Of a DNA stretch of 64,000 nucleotides, positions 54,626 through 64,000 are shown piece by piece (the first letter of the stretch is position 1; each line of letters opens with the position of its first letter). The DNA comes from a virus, in IMG/VR virus record IMGVR_UViG_3300032296_002019, positions 1 to 64,000 of that record. One strand, 5' to 3'. The position numbers and the translations under genes were made by a program. The notes under the pieces were generated by a model. The model ran no database searches and was not told where the DNA came from. It saw only the letters and a program-made list of their open reading frames with translations.

Positions 54626-54819
54626 TTTATTTTAGATACTAGTACTTCTATTTCATCAATAGTTTCCGAGATTTTACGTAACAGGTAATCAAATTGAGAT
54701 TGAGAGTTTTCATTTTCCAAATCCCCCTGAATTGTGAGAGCCTCCATTTGAAGTTGGTAATCTTCTAATCTTTTTTGACACCTTTCAATTTCTTCATTCA
54801 ATTCTTTTTCTGAGCTCAT
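54622..54819 (-). CDS. hypothetical coiled-coil protein
   Basis: ORF track. Confidence 0.6.
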   Translation of the reverse strand: MSSEKELNEEIERCQKRLEDYQLQMEALTIQGDLENENSQSQFDYLLRKISETIDEIEVLVSKIK

Positions 54820-55067
54820 TCTGTATCAGTTTTTTCATCTGCTATTCCAAATGGAAGAAAATCTTTATTTACATGTTGACACTTTACACAATAGAAAGTG
54901 GGGACCGGAATAACTTGATCTTTATCGCTAGAAGAAGCTACTAAAAACTTGGACACCCTCCTAAGGAGCAATCCTTCAGTAAAGATGTTACTTCCACAAT
55001 TTTCACAGATAATACCTGTTGTCTGATCAAATCTTACGTTTGCTAATGGATTTTGTTGCTGTTGCAT
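54816..55067 (-). CDS. zinc-finger protein
   Basis: CENCG..FYCVKCQH. Confidence 0.75.
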   Translation of the reverse strand: MQQQQNPLANVRFDQTTGIICENCGSNIFTEGLLLRRVSKFLVASSSDKDQVIPVPTFYCVKCQHVNKDFLPFGIADEKTDTE

Positions 55068-55080
55068 ATTTTATTTTTTA

Positions 55081-56733
55081 TTACATGAATTGACTATAAT
55101 CTATATCTTCTTTTTTATCTTCTCCTACAAAGTAAACTGTAGATTCAGTAGTTAGGATAGTTCCTGCTACGCTTGCAGCATTCTCTATGGCTGTCCTAGT
55201 AATTTTTGTAGGATCCAGAATACCGCTAACCAAGAAGTCTTCTACTTCACCATTCTTAGCATTATAACCAACCCACTCAGAATTTTCTTCTTCACTAGCT
55301 CTTTTATCTACCTTACCGAGAATCTCATAAACATTCTCTATACCAGCATTAGATAAAATCTTTTTGAATGGTGCAGACAATGCCTTCTCTACTATCTTAA
55401 CTCCCAACTCTTGATCATCGTTATCACATTCAAGATATGCGTCTTTAACAAAATCCTTACAGTTAATTAAAGCCATACCACCACCAGGTACAATACCTTG
55501 ATCTAAGGCTGCTTTAGTAGCGTGTAAAGCGTCATCAACTCTATCCTTCTTCTCCTTCATCTCTACTTCACTAAGGCCTCCTACATTGATTATAGCCACC
55601 CCTCCTGTGAGTTTAGATAATCTCTCTTGTAATTTCTCTACTTCGAAGTTAGATTTAGCTATCTCAATCTGAGCTTTTAGATCAGACAATCTTTGTTCTA
55701 TCTTTTCTATATCTCCTTTTCCGTCAATGATAGTAGTGTCTTTACTTGTGATATTGGTAACACGGGCTTTTCCAAATGCAGCCTTAAACTCATCAGCTTT
55801 CATTTTATCTACCTTGTGACCTTTAGTAGGAGATATGACAGTACCGCCAGTCAAGATAGCAATATCTTCTAGAATAGCTGTTCTTCTATCTCCAAAGTCT
55901 GGTGCTTTTACCGCACATACTTTTATAGTATTGTTAGCTTTATTAACTACCAACAGTGCCAACGCTTCGTTCTCAATATCCTCTGCAATGATCAATAGAG
56001 GCAAGTTTTCAGAATGTGCAGCTTGAAGCAGCGGAAGAACGTGTGCTGTAGTGCTGAGCCTTCCATCATATAAAAAGATAAGAGGCTTTTCAAAAACAGT
56101 TTGCATTGCTGTGTTGTCTGTTACAAAGTATGGGGACTTATACCCACGCTCAAACATCATACCCTCAACAACTTCTAAAGTAGTTTCCCCAGTCTTAGAT
56201 TCTTCTATTGCCACTACACCGTCTGTTCCTACTTTATCTAAAGCAGTAGCAATCAAAGTACCAATCTCAGAATCATTGTTGGCTGATATTGTTGCTACTT
56301 GTTTTATTTGATCTTCTGATGATATATCTTTTGATATTGACTTAAGACCTTCTACAACTTTAGCAACTCCTCTATCTATTCCCTTCTTTACTTCAACTGC
56401 ATTGGAGCCTTGAGTAATTGCTTTCATTCCATCATTGATCATTACAGTTGCCAACAATGTAGAAGTGGTAGTACCGTCACCAGCTTTATCGGCTGACTTT
56501 ATAGATACCTGTTTTACCATTTGTGCGCCAATATCTTCTACAGGATCTTCTAATTTAGAGAAAGCCTTAGCCACTGTTACACCATCTTTAGTAACCTTAA
56601 TTGAACCGTCAGCATCTCTGATTATAACATTTCTACCAGCAGGTCCAAGTGTGGATGATACACTATCATTAATCTTATTGATTCCGCCTAATAACTTTTT
56701 CTTTAACTCTGTTCCGAACTCTGTCTTTATCAT
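55081..56733 (-). CDS. groEL: chaperonin GroEL
   Basis: TLGPAGRNV, TKDGVTVA, GDGTTT, KLQERL, GIVPGGG. Confidence 0.97.
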   Translation of the reverse strand: MIKTEFGTELKKKLLGGINKINDSVSSTLGPAGRNVIIRDADGSIKVTKDGVTVAKAFSKLEDPVEDIGAQMVKQVSIKSADKAGDGTTTSTLLATVMINDGMKAITQGSNAVEVKKGIDRGVAKVVEGLKSISKDISSEDQIKQVATISANNDSEIGTLIATALDKVGTDGVVAIEESKTGETTLEVVEGMMFERGYKSPYFVTDNTAMQTVFEKPLIFLYDGRLSTTAHVLPLLQAAHSENLPLLIIAEDIENEALALLVVNKANNTIKVCAVKAPDFGDRRTAILEDIAILTGGTVISPTKGHKVDKMKADEFKAAFGKARVTNITSKDTTIIDGKGDIEKIEQRLSDLKAQIEIAKSNFEVEKLQERLSKLTGGVAIINVGGLSEVEMKEKKDRVDDALHATKAALDQGIVPGGGMALINCKDFVKDAYLECDNDDQELGVKIVEKALSAPFKKILSNAGIENVYEILGKVDKRASEEENSEWVGYNAKNGEVEDFLVSGILDPTKITRTAIENAASVAGTILTTESTVYFVGEDKKEDIDYSQFM

Positions 56734-56736
56734 ATA

Positions 56737-57033
56737 TTAACCTTTTACAATTGAAAGAATCTCTACTTCTCTACAAACATAATACTCTTCCTCATCAACG
56801 ATGATTTGAGTTACTACGGCTTTAGGTACAATTACCACATCTCCTACTTCTACTTTCATAGGATAGTAATTTCCCATGTGTGGATTGAACATACCTTCTC
56901 CACGATCTACTACTTCAAAATAATTTGATTTTTCTCTACCAGTGTCAGGGACTATAATCCCCCCTACCATTTTGTCTTCTGCGTCTATCTTTTTTAAGAT
57001 GACTTTGTCATGTAATGCAACTAATGTACTCAT
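56737..57033 (-). CDS. groES: co-chaperonin GroES
   Basis: LHDKVIL..GGIIVPDT..VEVGDVV; adjacent to groEL. Confidence 0.9.
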   Translation of the reverse strand: MSTLVALHDKVILKKIDAEDKMVGGIIVPDTGREKSNYFEVVDRGEGMFNPHMGNYYPMKVEVGDVVIVPKAVVTQIIVDEEEYYVCREVEILSIVKG

Positions 57034-57683
57034 AATTTATTTTTGTTATTTTTACAGTTATTAAAATGGTACTTTATCATACCAGATGCTCCCCCTATTA
57101 ATAAACAGTGCGGGCATTGTATTTTTCTTTGAGGCGAATGTACTCTATTTTTATGAGACTCTTTCATTTTTTTTATGGATTCCTCAGAATGTTTTTTTCC
57201 GTACAAAGGATGCTTTTCTCCAGCTTGAACACCTTTAGTAGCTTTGGAAGCTTTTATTTTACTATCTGGTTTTTTCCAATATTCTTTTAGGCTATTAGAC
57301 AATTTTTTTAAAACCTCAGGATTACCCATCGCTTTTCTAGTTTTTTCACTTATCTCTTTTATTTTCTCCTTTGTGTGTTTATAACCACTTTCAACCCCTC
57401 TAGTACCAGATAACCTTTCATTTACTAGATTCCCAGTTCCATGTTTTATGGTTCCGTATTTCTTTATATACACTTCTTCTAGTCGCAGTGATTCTTCTCT
57501 TGTCAAATTTTGTGCCAAAATATCCACTTCAAAACCTCCACACTTTTTTACTATGTCTAACCAATTGGTATTTCTCCTATTATTAATACTTTCATAGGCT
57601 CTTTTTAGAGTACCTTGTCCCACATAAAATACTTCGTTAGTATCTTTTCTTCTATGTTGATACACCACATAATCGTTATTCAT
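57030..57683 (-). CDS. free-standing GIY-YIG-like homing endonuclease with NUMOD3 repeats
   Basis: YVVYQH..VFYVGQG..R..E..LVN; HTKEKIKEIS, HPLYGKKHSEESIKKM; start ATG 57683. Confidence 0.8.
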   Translation of the reverse strand: MNNDYVVYQHRRKDTNEVFYVGQGTLKRAYESINNRRNTNWLDIVKKCGGFEVDILAQNLTREESLRLEEVYIKKYGTIKHGTGNLVNERLSGTRGVESGYKHTKEKIKEISEKTRKAMGNPEVLKKLSNSLKEYWKKPDSKIKASKATKGVQAGEKHPLYGKKHSEESIKKMKESHKNRVHSPQRKIQCPHCLLIGGASGMIKYHFNNCKNNKNKL

Positions 57684-57743
57684 AATATTTTTATTATAAA
57701 TAGTGAAAATTTGTGCATGCCCTTCTATCAAATATTGTGTTTT

Positions 57744-60050
57744 CTAATGGCCGTCCCTTAGGTTATGTGCCAAAGCAGGAGGAGCTACTAAATCTAATGA
57801 CAACTTGGTAGTATTTTCCATTTTGTCTTGAACAATCTTAGAAGCTTCTTCCACTATACCCTCTTCCACTTCTATAACCAATTGGTCATGAATCTGCGCC
57901 ACCACCTGTCCTTTCATTCCTCTTTTTTTAAATTCCCTGTTTATTTCAATAGCGGCACGATTTACTATAGAAGCTGCTAAACTCTGGATTTGATAGTTCA
58001 TTCCGTTGTTTAATCCATTCTTGTAATCTCTCACCATATTTAACACAGTATCTTTATCTAGCTGATCTTCTAGTTTCTTCTGAAACTTCCACTCTAATAG
58101 CTTGTCTCCAAACTTTTCATAAAGATATGAAACTTTTGGCAAATGGCGAATTCTTCCTACTTGTGTTTTTATATATCCATTTTTTTTAACAAATTCTTTA
58201 GATGTTTCCATCCACTTTTTAAGATTAGGGAATCCATCTAAGTATCCATCTATAAGCTTCTCTGCATCTTCTGTAGACACGTCTATGCTCTTTCCTAGTG
58301 CGTAAGCTCCCATCCCATATGGAATACCTAAAGAATATGCTTTAGCCTTCTGTCTAACGTTATTAGCCATCTTCTTTAGATAATTGGGGGCTTTTTTATC
58401 TGGAGAATACTGGTCTAGCTTTTCTGTTTTTATTGCAATGGTAGAATAGAAATCCCATCCATTTCTAAAAATATCTTTCAATCCCTCATCATCTGCCACA
58501 TGAGAAAATACTTTTGGCTCTAGAGACTCATAATCACAATCTATAAAAATATTACCTGGTTTAGATATAAAGAATCCTCTAATCATGTTGGTATACTTTA
58601 TGACTATAGGATCATCTTCGCCATCTTCTTTAGGCCTCGGTAACTGTTGTGCATCTGACCCATACCTGCCTGATACGGTAGCATGTTGCTTATAATAGAA
58701 ATAATATAACCCATCCTCTACTTTATCTAAAAATCTATCCATATAGGTAGATTTTATCTTAAGAAGTTTATTGTAGATTCTTAGATTCTTAGCCCACTCG
58801 TGTTTGTCAGATATAGATTGAATAAACTCATCATCAAACTTATCTTTCCCCTTATCTGTGGTAGATATCGGCTTCATCCCTAGTACTTCAAAAGCAATAC
58901 TACCCATGTGATCTTTTGACTGTATATTGAAGTATTCTGATTCCTGACTCTCTTTCCACAATCCCATGCTAATTTTTATAGCCGCTTTCTCATCTAGTTG
59001 ATCTATATTTCCAGTTGTCAAGTATTCCTTGACAGTTGAATCCGGTAACTCACTTATATTTTTAGCAGTTATAGAGTATTTACCAGATTTCTCAGAAACA
59101 GGTAGCGGTAAATTATAATACTCTACTAATCTTTGAGCATAGGTACCTTTATTGCTAGGCGGGAACTTCTCTAAAGACTTATCAACAATCCACTCTTTTA
59201 CTGCTGGATTTTTTAATAGTTCTGATATAACTAGCTTTTTATATGATTCTAGATCAGCTATTATCTCTTCTCTGGCCTTATTCATTAAATCTACGTCTAC
59301 CATAACTCCATTACTCTCCATTGGGATAGTAACTTCTTTATATAGAGGCATTACTTCGTCTTCGAAGAAGAATTTTTCCAGTCCCTCCCTTACAAGCTTT
59401 TCATAGTAATAGTTGTATACTCTAAGAGTTAAATCAGTATCCGCACAAGCATACTTAGATAGTATTGGGAGATCGGCTTTCCATATCTCATAGTTCTCTT
59501 TTGTAGTAGTGCCTCCATTAGATTTTATAGATTCTTTTAGGAGAACCTGTTCTTCGTTAGCCTCCTTCTCCATATCCAAACCTAATTCAGCTTGAATAGC
59601 TATCGCTATGTCCTTCAATCCAAATGATCCTCCGAATCCTTCCCCAGCGCCTTCTTCAGATACAGTGTGAACAAGCAATATAGTATCTGCATGTATGTGT
59701 GGAGTTATGTCTATTCCGTAAAAACACTTAACGAATCTAGAATCAAACGATAAGTTGTGGCCTATTATCTTTTTACTACAGAGAAGAGATATAACTTTCT
59801 TAGCCAATTCATGACAGCTTTCTCCGTATATATTACTTTCAACAAGCTCTCCGTCTTTGTATATCATTGTGGGCATGTAGTACCCTACCCCTACTTCTCC
59901 TGAAACTGATAGCCCTATTACACTTCCCTTTCTAGGATTTAAAGATGTGGTTTCAGTATCAAAAGCAATTATATCGTTTGCTTTTATATGCCTAACCATC
60001 TCCCTCAAAGTATCCGGAGTGTCTACCGTTATGTACTTTTTGTCTTGCAT
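57744..60050 (-). CDS. polA: family A DNA polymerase with 3'-5' exonuclease
   Basis: DTETT exonuclease; TVSGR; motif A DYESLE; motif B RQKAKAYSLGIPYG; motif C IHDQL. Confidence 0.95.
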   Translation of the reverse strand: MQDKKYITVDTPDTLREMVRHIKANDIIAFDTETTSLNPRKGSVIGLSVSGEVGVGYYMPTMIYKDGELVESNIYGESCHELAKKVISLLCSKKIIGHNLSFDSRFVKCFYGIDITPHIHADTILLVHTVSEEGAGEGFGGSFGLKDIAIAIQAELGLDMEKEANEEQVLLKESIKSNGGTTTKENYEIWKADLPILSKYACADTDLTLRVYNYYYEKLVREGLEKFFFEDEVMPLYKEVTIPMESNGVMVDVDLMNKAREEIIADLESYKKLVISELLKNPAVKEWIVDKSLEKFPPSNKGTYAQRLVEYYNLPLPVSEKSGKYSITAKNISELPDSTVKEYLTTGNIDQLDEKAAIKISMGLWKESQESEYFNIQSKDHMGSIAFEVLGMKPISTTDKGKDKFDDEFIQSISDKHEWAKNLRIYNKLLKIKSTYMDRFLDKVEDGLYYFYYKQHATVSGRYGSDAQQLPRPKEDGEDDPIVIKYTNMIRGFFISKPGNIFIDCDYESLEPKVFSHVADDEGLKDIFRNGWDFYSTIAIKTEKLDQYSPDKKAPNYLKKMANNVRQKAKAYSLGIPYGMGAYALGKSIDVSTEDAEKLIDGYLDGFPNLKKWMETSKEFVKKNGYIKTQVGRIRHLPKVSYLYEKFGDKLLEWKFQKKLEDQLDKDTVLNMVRDYKNGLNNGMNYQIQSLAASIVNRAAIEINREFKKRGMKGQVVAQIHDQLVIEVEEGIVEEASKIVQDKMENTTKLSLDLVAPPALAHNLRDGH

Positions 60051-60071
60051 TTCATAACCTTTATTTTAATT

Positions 60072-60518
60072 TTACAATCCAGTACTACCGAAACCGCCCA
60101 GACCTCTATCAGTTTCGGACAGCTCTTGCGTCTCATAGAATATAGGCCTTTGAGGCAGTTTCATTAGTACTCCTTGGGCTATCCTCTGCCCTGTTGTATA
60201 AGTAAAAACATAATTTCCATGATTAATAAGTACAACTTTTATCTCTCCTCTATAATCTGAATCTACTGTACCTGGAGAATTTAAAACTGTTATACCGTTT
60301 TTTAAAGCTAGTCCACTTCTAGGCCTTATCTGTAACTCATATCCTTCCGGGATTTCCATAGCCAACCCAGTACTAATACATTGTATTTGTCCTGGCTGAA
60401 CAGATCCACCATGACAAGATCTCAAATCAAATCCAGCAGATCCTGATGTTTCATAAGAAGGAACTGTTGCGTTTTCATTTAATCTCTTTATGCGGACTGT
60501 TGTAATCTTTGTATCCAT
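60072..60518 (-). CDS. dut: dUTPase
   Basis: [36 protein letters not shown]. Confidence 0.97.
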   Translation of the reverse strand: MDTKITTVRIKRLNENATVPSYETSGSAGFDLRSCHGGSVQPGQIQCISTGLAMEIPEGYELQIRPRSGLALKNGITVLNSPGTVDSDYRGEIKVVLINHGNYVFTYTTGQRIAQGVLMKLPQRPIFYETQELSETDRGLGGFGSTGL

Positions 60519-60521
60519 AAA

Positions 60522-60749
60522 TTAGTTTTGAATTTCACAATCACACAACAGCTCTAGCATCAAATCTTCAAATACATCAGGTTCTTGTACTTCACGAAAT
60601 CTTTCTTTCATAAAAGATGTATAAGGATGGGGAGGTTCCACTTCATATAAGAATATTCCATTTTTAATATCCCTAATTGTGTAATACTGTCCTTGTTCTA
60701 TAACCCCAGGATGTCCTACTATGCACTCAACAATAGATCCTATTTTCAT
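60522..60749 (-). CDS. hypothetical protein
   Basis: ORF track. Confidence 0.65.
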   Translation of the reverse strand: MKIGSIVECIVGHPGVIEQGQYYTIRDIKNGIFLYEVEPPHPYTSFMKERFREVQEPDVFEDLMLELLCDCEIQN

Positions 60750-60970
60750 ACTTTCTCAATTTTTTCTTTTAATTCTTTTAGTTCTTCTTTTAACTTACCA
60801 GATAAAATAGTCAACTCTTCAATCTCCTGTCTCTGAACTTCAACAACTGCATTTATAATTACAGCATTTTTAAGAAACTCTGTGTTGACTTGCATCTGTT
60901 TTTCTCTGGAATAAAATAAGTACCCCATCCCTAATAGATTCAGTACCAGAAAGATTATGTATACGGTCAT
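60746..60970 (-). CDS. TM plus coiled-coil protein
   Basis: ORF track; TATATTTG at 60985-60992 upstream. Confidence 0.65.
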   Translation of the reverse strand: MTVYIIFLVLNLLGMGYLFYSREKQMQVNTEFLKNAVIINAVVEVQRQEIEELTILSGKLKEELKELKEKIEKV

Positions 60971-60996
60971 TTTTGTTATTTGAACAAATATACAAA

Positions 60997-61170
60997 TTAT
61001 TGTTTTACTTCCAAATTTTTATTTCCTTTTACCCATTTTGGAATATAAGGACATTCTTTGCATTTAGCACCGCAACAAACCATTCTTCGAGAAAGGTAGA
61101 GAGCGGTGAATACTATGTACCCAGTCCGCTCATCTATGTAGTAATCTTTACCTTCCTCTAAGTTCTTCAT
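60997..61170 (-). CDS. DUF5522-like Cys-rich protein
   Basis: DYYID..GYIVFT..RRMVCCGAKCKECPY; start ATG 61170. Confidence 0.7.
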   Translation of the reverse strand: MKNLEEGKDYYIDERTGYIVFTALYLSRRMVCCGAKCKECPYIPKWVKGNKNLEVKQ

Positions 61171-63020
61171 TATTCCACAGCACAGGCACCTCCAGCACAA
61201 GCTGCTATGGCACCAAAATTAACAGTGTCATCTTCTTCTACAACATTAGTCAAATCAATAGAAGTAAGATGTTTTACTTTCTCTTCGTATTGTTCTTTTG
61301 TAATGTCTTCAAAAGGAGCTTGAACATATGTGCCTCCCCAATAAGGAAGTACTGATAGTCCGTTATAGTGAGCCCTGTTTTCCCACATCCACTTTCCTAC
61401 TTCTTCCCATTCATCTTGTTTTATAGATACGGTGGCAGAAACATTGTGAGTATTATACCCGTTTCTATGACCATTTTTTATCCAATTAACAGAGAAGTGC
61501 TTAACTCTTTCTAAAAGTTCAATAGGAGTTTCTGATCTCAGGATTGAGTTTTCTGGGGATTTGATAGGAATCCTAACACACAAAGTATCATGAGATCTCA
61601 ATTGATCATCTTCACAAATCTCTGGATGGTTCTGCATAAGATACTTTGCAACATCTTCTGATTTGTTGAATCTAACAGTTCTAAGATAGTAGTCATTATG
61701 CCAAGCATGGATGCCTGAAGAGGTTCCTAATACGCAAGAAGTTGTTCCTGAAGGCTTAATACAAGTTACACGAGCTGCCTTATTCACACCAATCTCTTCA
61801 GCATAGAACGCATTTACCTCTTTAGCTAAATCTGCTGCCTTTTTAAGATCATACTTCAAGATCTCACCACTTCCTATTCCAGTCATTCCAATTCCTAACA
61901 AAGCATCTTTTTCTGTAGTTTTCTGCCAGATAGAACGGAGATAGTGAAAATCAGTGAATGAAGCCTGTAGAGTTCCGAAGAATGAAGCCACTCTTACACG
62001 CTCCATAAGATCATCTTCATCTACTACATCGGACACATTTACCTCACAAAGATTACAGAATTGGTAAGGCTTAAGGGCGATTTCACAGCAAGGGTTAGTT
62101 CCCCACTCAGCATTCTTAGTCCAATAGAAACCAGGTTCTCCAGAATTACTAAGTTCTACTTTCTTCCACAAAGCTTTAAACTCTTCTTCACTTATTTGAC
62201 CTCTTTCCAATACTGCAGAGTTATTAGCCCTTCCCCTTTGTTCATTAAGTTCCCACCAATTACCAAACTTACAAGTAAGCATGTCTTCATCATCATGGCT
62301 AAACAAAGCAATCATAGCAGCTCTTCTGATACCACCTGATAGTACGCTATTAGCAATGTGACACATAATATCGTGTACTTCTAGGGTTGAAAGCTTTTCT
62401 CCGTTGTGTTTACGTTCAAGAATAGATTCTATATGAAATAAACAAACCTTAAGTGGTTCGGGACCAGGCGCTTTACCTCCAGCTGTAATAAGTCTAGCTC
62501 CCTTAGGACGAATATCTCTAAAATCAAAAATAGGTTTAGGACCTTTTCCAAAATAGGATTTCATTAAAACTTTTACTGCATCAGCCCATCCTATAATGCT
62601 ATCTTGGATAAGAAATCTTTTTTGCTTTGTTGGTTTGATTATCTCAGGTAGCTTCTCAACATGTTGAAACTGAACGGAATATCCAACTCCTGTTCCTCCT
62701 AACAAAAGAAACATAGATTCAGAAAAACAATGAATGCTATCCATTGGAAGGTAGCAACAGTTGTATATCCTGGCATTGTTTACTTCTGCAGCTGCACCTG
62801 CAAACTGCAAGGCTCTCATAGAAGGAAGAACCTTTTTTTGCCTTATAAATTCGGCATTTTCAATTATTTCCTTTCTCAGTTTAGGAAATTTCTGCATCAT
62901 CATTACTTCGTATCTAGTAACAATTTCATCCCACGTTTCCCTTCTTTTTACTTCTGGTAAATACTTTGAATACTTAGAGAAAATGGTAATCTGACTTAAG
63001 ATTTCTGATCCTAATTCCAT
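61170..63020 (-). CDS. nrdJ: class II (B12-dependent) ribonucleotide reductase
   Basis: PSMR, YNC, GTGVG, TNPCCEI..CNL, KPSGT, C-terminal CAGGAC. Confidence 0.93.
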   Translation of the reverse strand: MELGSEILSQITIFSKYSKYLPEVKRRETWDEIVTRYEVMMMQKFPKLRKEIIENAEFIRQKKVLPSMRALQFAGAAAEVNNARIYNCCYLPMDSIHCFSESMFLLLGGTGVGYSVQFQHVEKLPEIIKPTKQKRFLIQDSIIGWADAVKVLMKSYFGKGPKPIFDFRDIRPKGARLITAGGKAPGPEPLKVCLFHIESILERKHNGEKLSTLEVHDIMCHIANSVLSGGIRRAAMIALFSHDDEDMLTCKFGNWWELNEQRGRANNSAVLERGQISEEEFKALWKKVELSNSGEPGFYWTKNAEWGTNPCCEIALKPYQFCNLCEVNVSDVVDEDDLMERVRVASFFGTLQASFTDFHYLRSIWQKTTEKDALLGIGMTGIGSGEILKYDLKKAADLAKEVNAFYAEEIGVNKAARVTCIKPSGTTSCVLGTSSGIHAWHNDYYLRTVRFNKSEDVAKYLMQNHPEICEDDQLRSHDTLCVRIPIKSPENSILRSETPIELLERVKHFSVNWIKNGHRNGYNTHNVSATVSIKQDEWEEVGKWMWENRAHYNGLSVLPYWGGTYVQAPFEDITKEQYEEKVKHLTSIDLTNVVEEDDTVNFGAIAACAGGACAVE

Positions 63021-63129
63021 GGCTTTTTTAATTAAATTTTTAAGAAGACAAAAATAAATACTGTATATATAACCAAAAAAAAGTTTAATTGCTCTGCTTT
63101 TTTTTAGTTAGGACTCTATGCTTATAAAA

Positions 63130-64000
63130 TTAATTCCTGCTGAACTTTTTCTTAAGCATTGATATATCATCCGAACTAAAATCTCCCTTCCCTCCATCTT
63201 CTTGACTTTCAGATTCTTCGTCATAAAGATCTTCTGATACATCGATAAAGCCTTTGTTTAGGTCTATTTTTGCAGAATATGTCATGCCGTCTGGGCCTAG
63301 CCTAGATTTCATTATATGGAAACGACCTGTACCGTTTATTTTATCTTTACGTCTCCTAGATAAGGAAACGCTAAAGTCTGCTATCATCATTTTTTGAAAG
63401 CTTCCGGCTACCTTGTCTCCCTCAATAATCTCATCCTTGGCTCCCATCCTGTTAATCTGGGAAGGACAAACAAAAGGAATCTTTAGATCCTTCGCCATAC
63501 CTTTCAGATCTGTATAGATGTCATCGAGTTCCTCCTTAGCCTCTTTTCTTATCTTTCTAGGCTTTAAAAGATCCGGGTAATCTATTATTATCAAATCTGG
63601 GATGAAGTCGCTATTGGCTTCTAATTGCTTTATATGCGATTCTATAGTATCCAAAGAAGCCCTACCTGGGGAGTATTCCTTGATTATTATTCTGCCTTTT
63701 AGGTTTTTTACTGCCGTTTCCACTTCTTTCCTGTGAAACTTCAGCATCTTAACCTCTACTCCGGTAAGTATAGAATCTATTTTTTTACCTACATACTTCT
63801 CATCCAACTCTAAAGTATAGTATACAACATTGTATCCATTCTTAATACAATGGGAAGCTATGTTACAAACAACAGTAGATTTACCGATACCAGGAGGTGC
63901 AAACAATAGCATAAGATTACTTCCACCAATTCCACCATCTGTTATATCATTAAAGACTTTCCAAGGAAAAGGAATCTTCCTATCCTCTTCTTCCCTAAAC
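63130..64000 (-). CDS. replicative DnaB/gp41-like helicase (5' part outside window)
   Basis: APPGIGKS, YTLE, IIDYPD, SQINR, KSRLG; frame is open to the window edge. Confidence 0.9.
   Translation of the reverse strand, partial: FREEEDRKIPFPWKVFNDITDGGIGGSNLMLLFAPPGIGKSTVVCNIASHCIKNGYNVVYYTLELDEKYVGKKIDSILTGVEVKMLKFHRKEVETAVKNLKGRIIIKEYSPGRASLDTIESHIKQLEANSDFIPDLIIIDYPDLLKPRKIRKEAKEELDDIYTDLKGMAKDLKIPFVCPSQINRMGAKDEIIEGDKVAGSFQKMMIADFSVSLSRRRKDKINGTGRFHIMKSRLGPDGMTYSAKIDLNKGFIDVSEDLYDEESESQEDGGKGDFSSDDISMLKKKFSRN

Noticed and set aside
2511-62994. Numerous short ORFs antisense to long genes (e.g. 2511..2807, 27547..27951, 56435..56740)
   Set aside because: They are shadows of well-supported genes, with no motifs or plausible leaders
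57744-63020. Inteins or introns in polA or nrdJ
   Set aside because: Both ORFs are continuous and of ordinary length, with no C..HN intein ends or LAGLIDADG blocks
1-64000. CRISPR array, retron/DGR reverse transcriptase, integrase or transposase
   Set aside because: No regularly spaced direct repeats seen by eye and no RT, Cas or recombinase motifs; the Cas4-like nuclease sits among replication genes
1-64000. Stop-codon reassignment
   Set aside because: Conserved genes are full length in the standard code, TAG/TGA/TAA all end genes, and there is no suppressor tRNA

Overview
A 64-kb segment of a large, AT-rich dsDNA bacteriophage genome using the standard genetic code. The host is very probably Bacteroidota: TAnnTTTG promoters recur, and the 5' UTRs are A-rich with no Shine-Dalgarno sequence. 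No capsid, tail or terminase genes are in view. Positions 1-24 kb form a + strand block of small early/host-takeover-type genes: RadC/JAB, DUF932, Gp88-like, a DnaA-C-terminal-like HTH, HNH, tiny lipoproteins, a circularly permuted GHKL ATPase, and a DUF6915/DUF6878-like/DUF6745-like module. One antisense WYL-fusion gene interrupts this block. Positions 24-64 kb are on the - strand and carry: nucleotide metabolism (thyA, dut, class II nrdJ); replication (family A DNA polymerase, helicase, PD-(D/E)XK nuclease); GroES/GroEL; an about 11-kb glycosyltransferase/methyltransferase cluster plus UDP-glucose dehydrogenase and an acetyltransferase; a membrane/lysis-like cluster; and an RNA-rich region. 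That region holds tRNA(CAU), tRNA-Leu(UAA), a tRNA-like RNA without a normal anticodon arm and two structured spacer RNAs sharing a 3' hairpin, all flanked by an RNA ligase and a metallophosphoesterase. It also holds an unusually long tmRNA (510 nt, 23-codon tag) and an unidentified ~300-nt structured ncRNA with its own promoters and terminator. All family assignments come from motifs recognised by eye, not from database searches.
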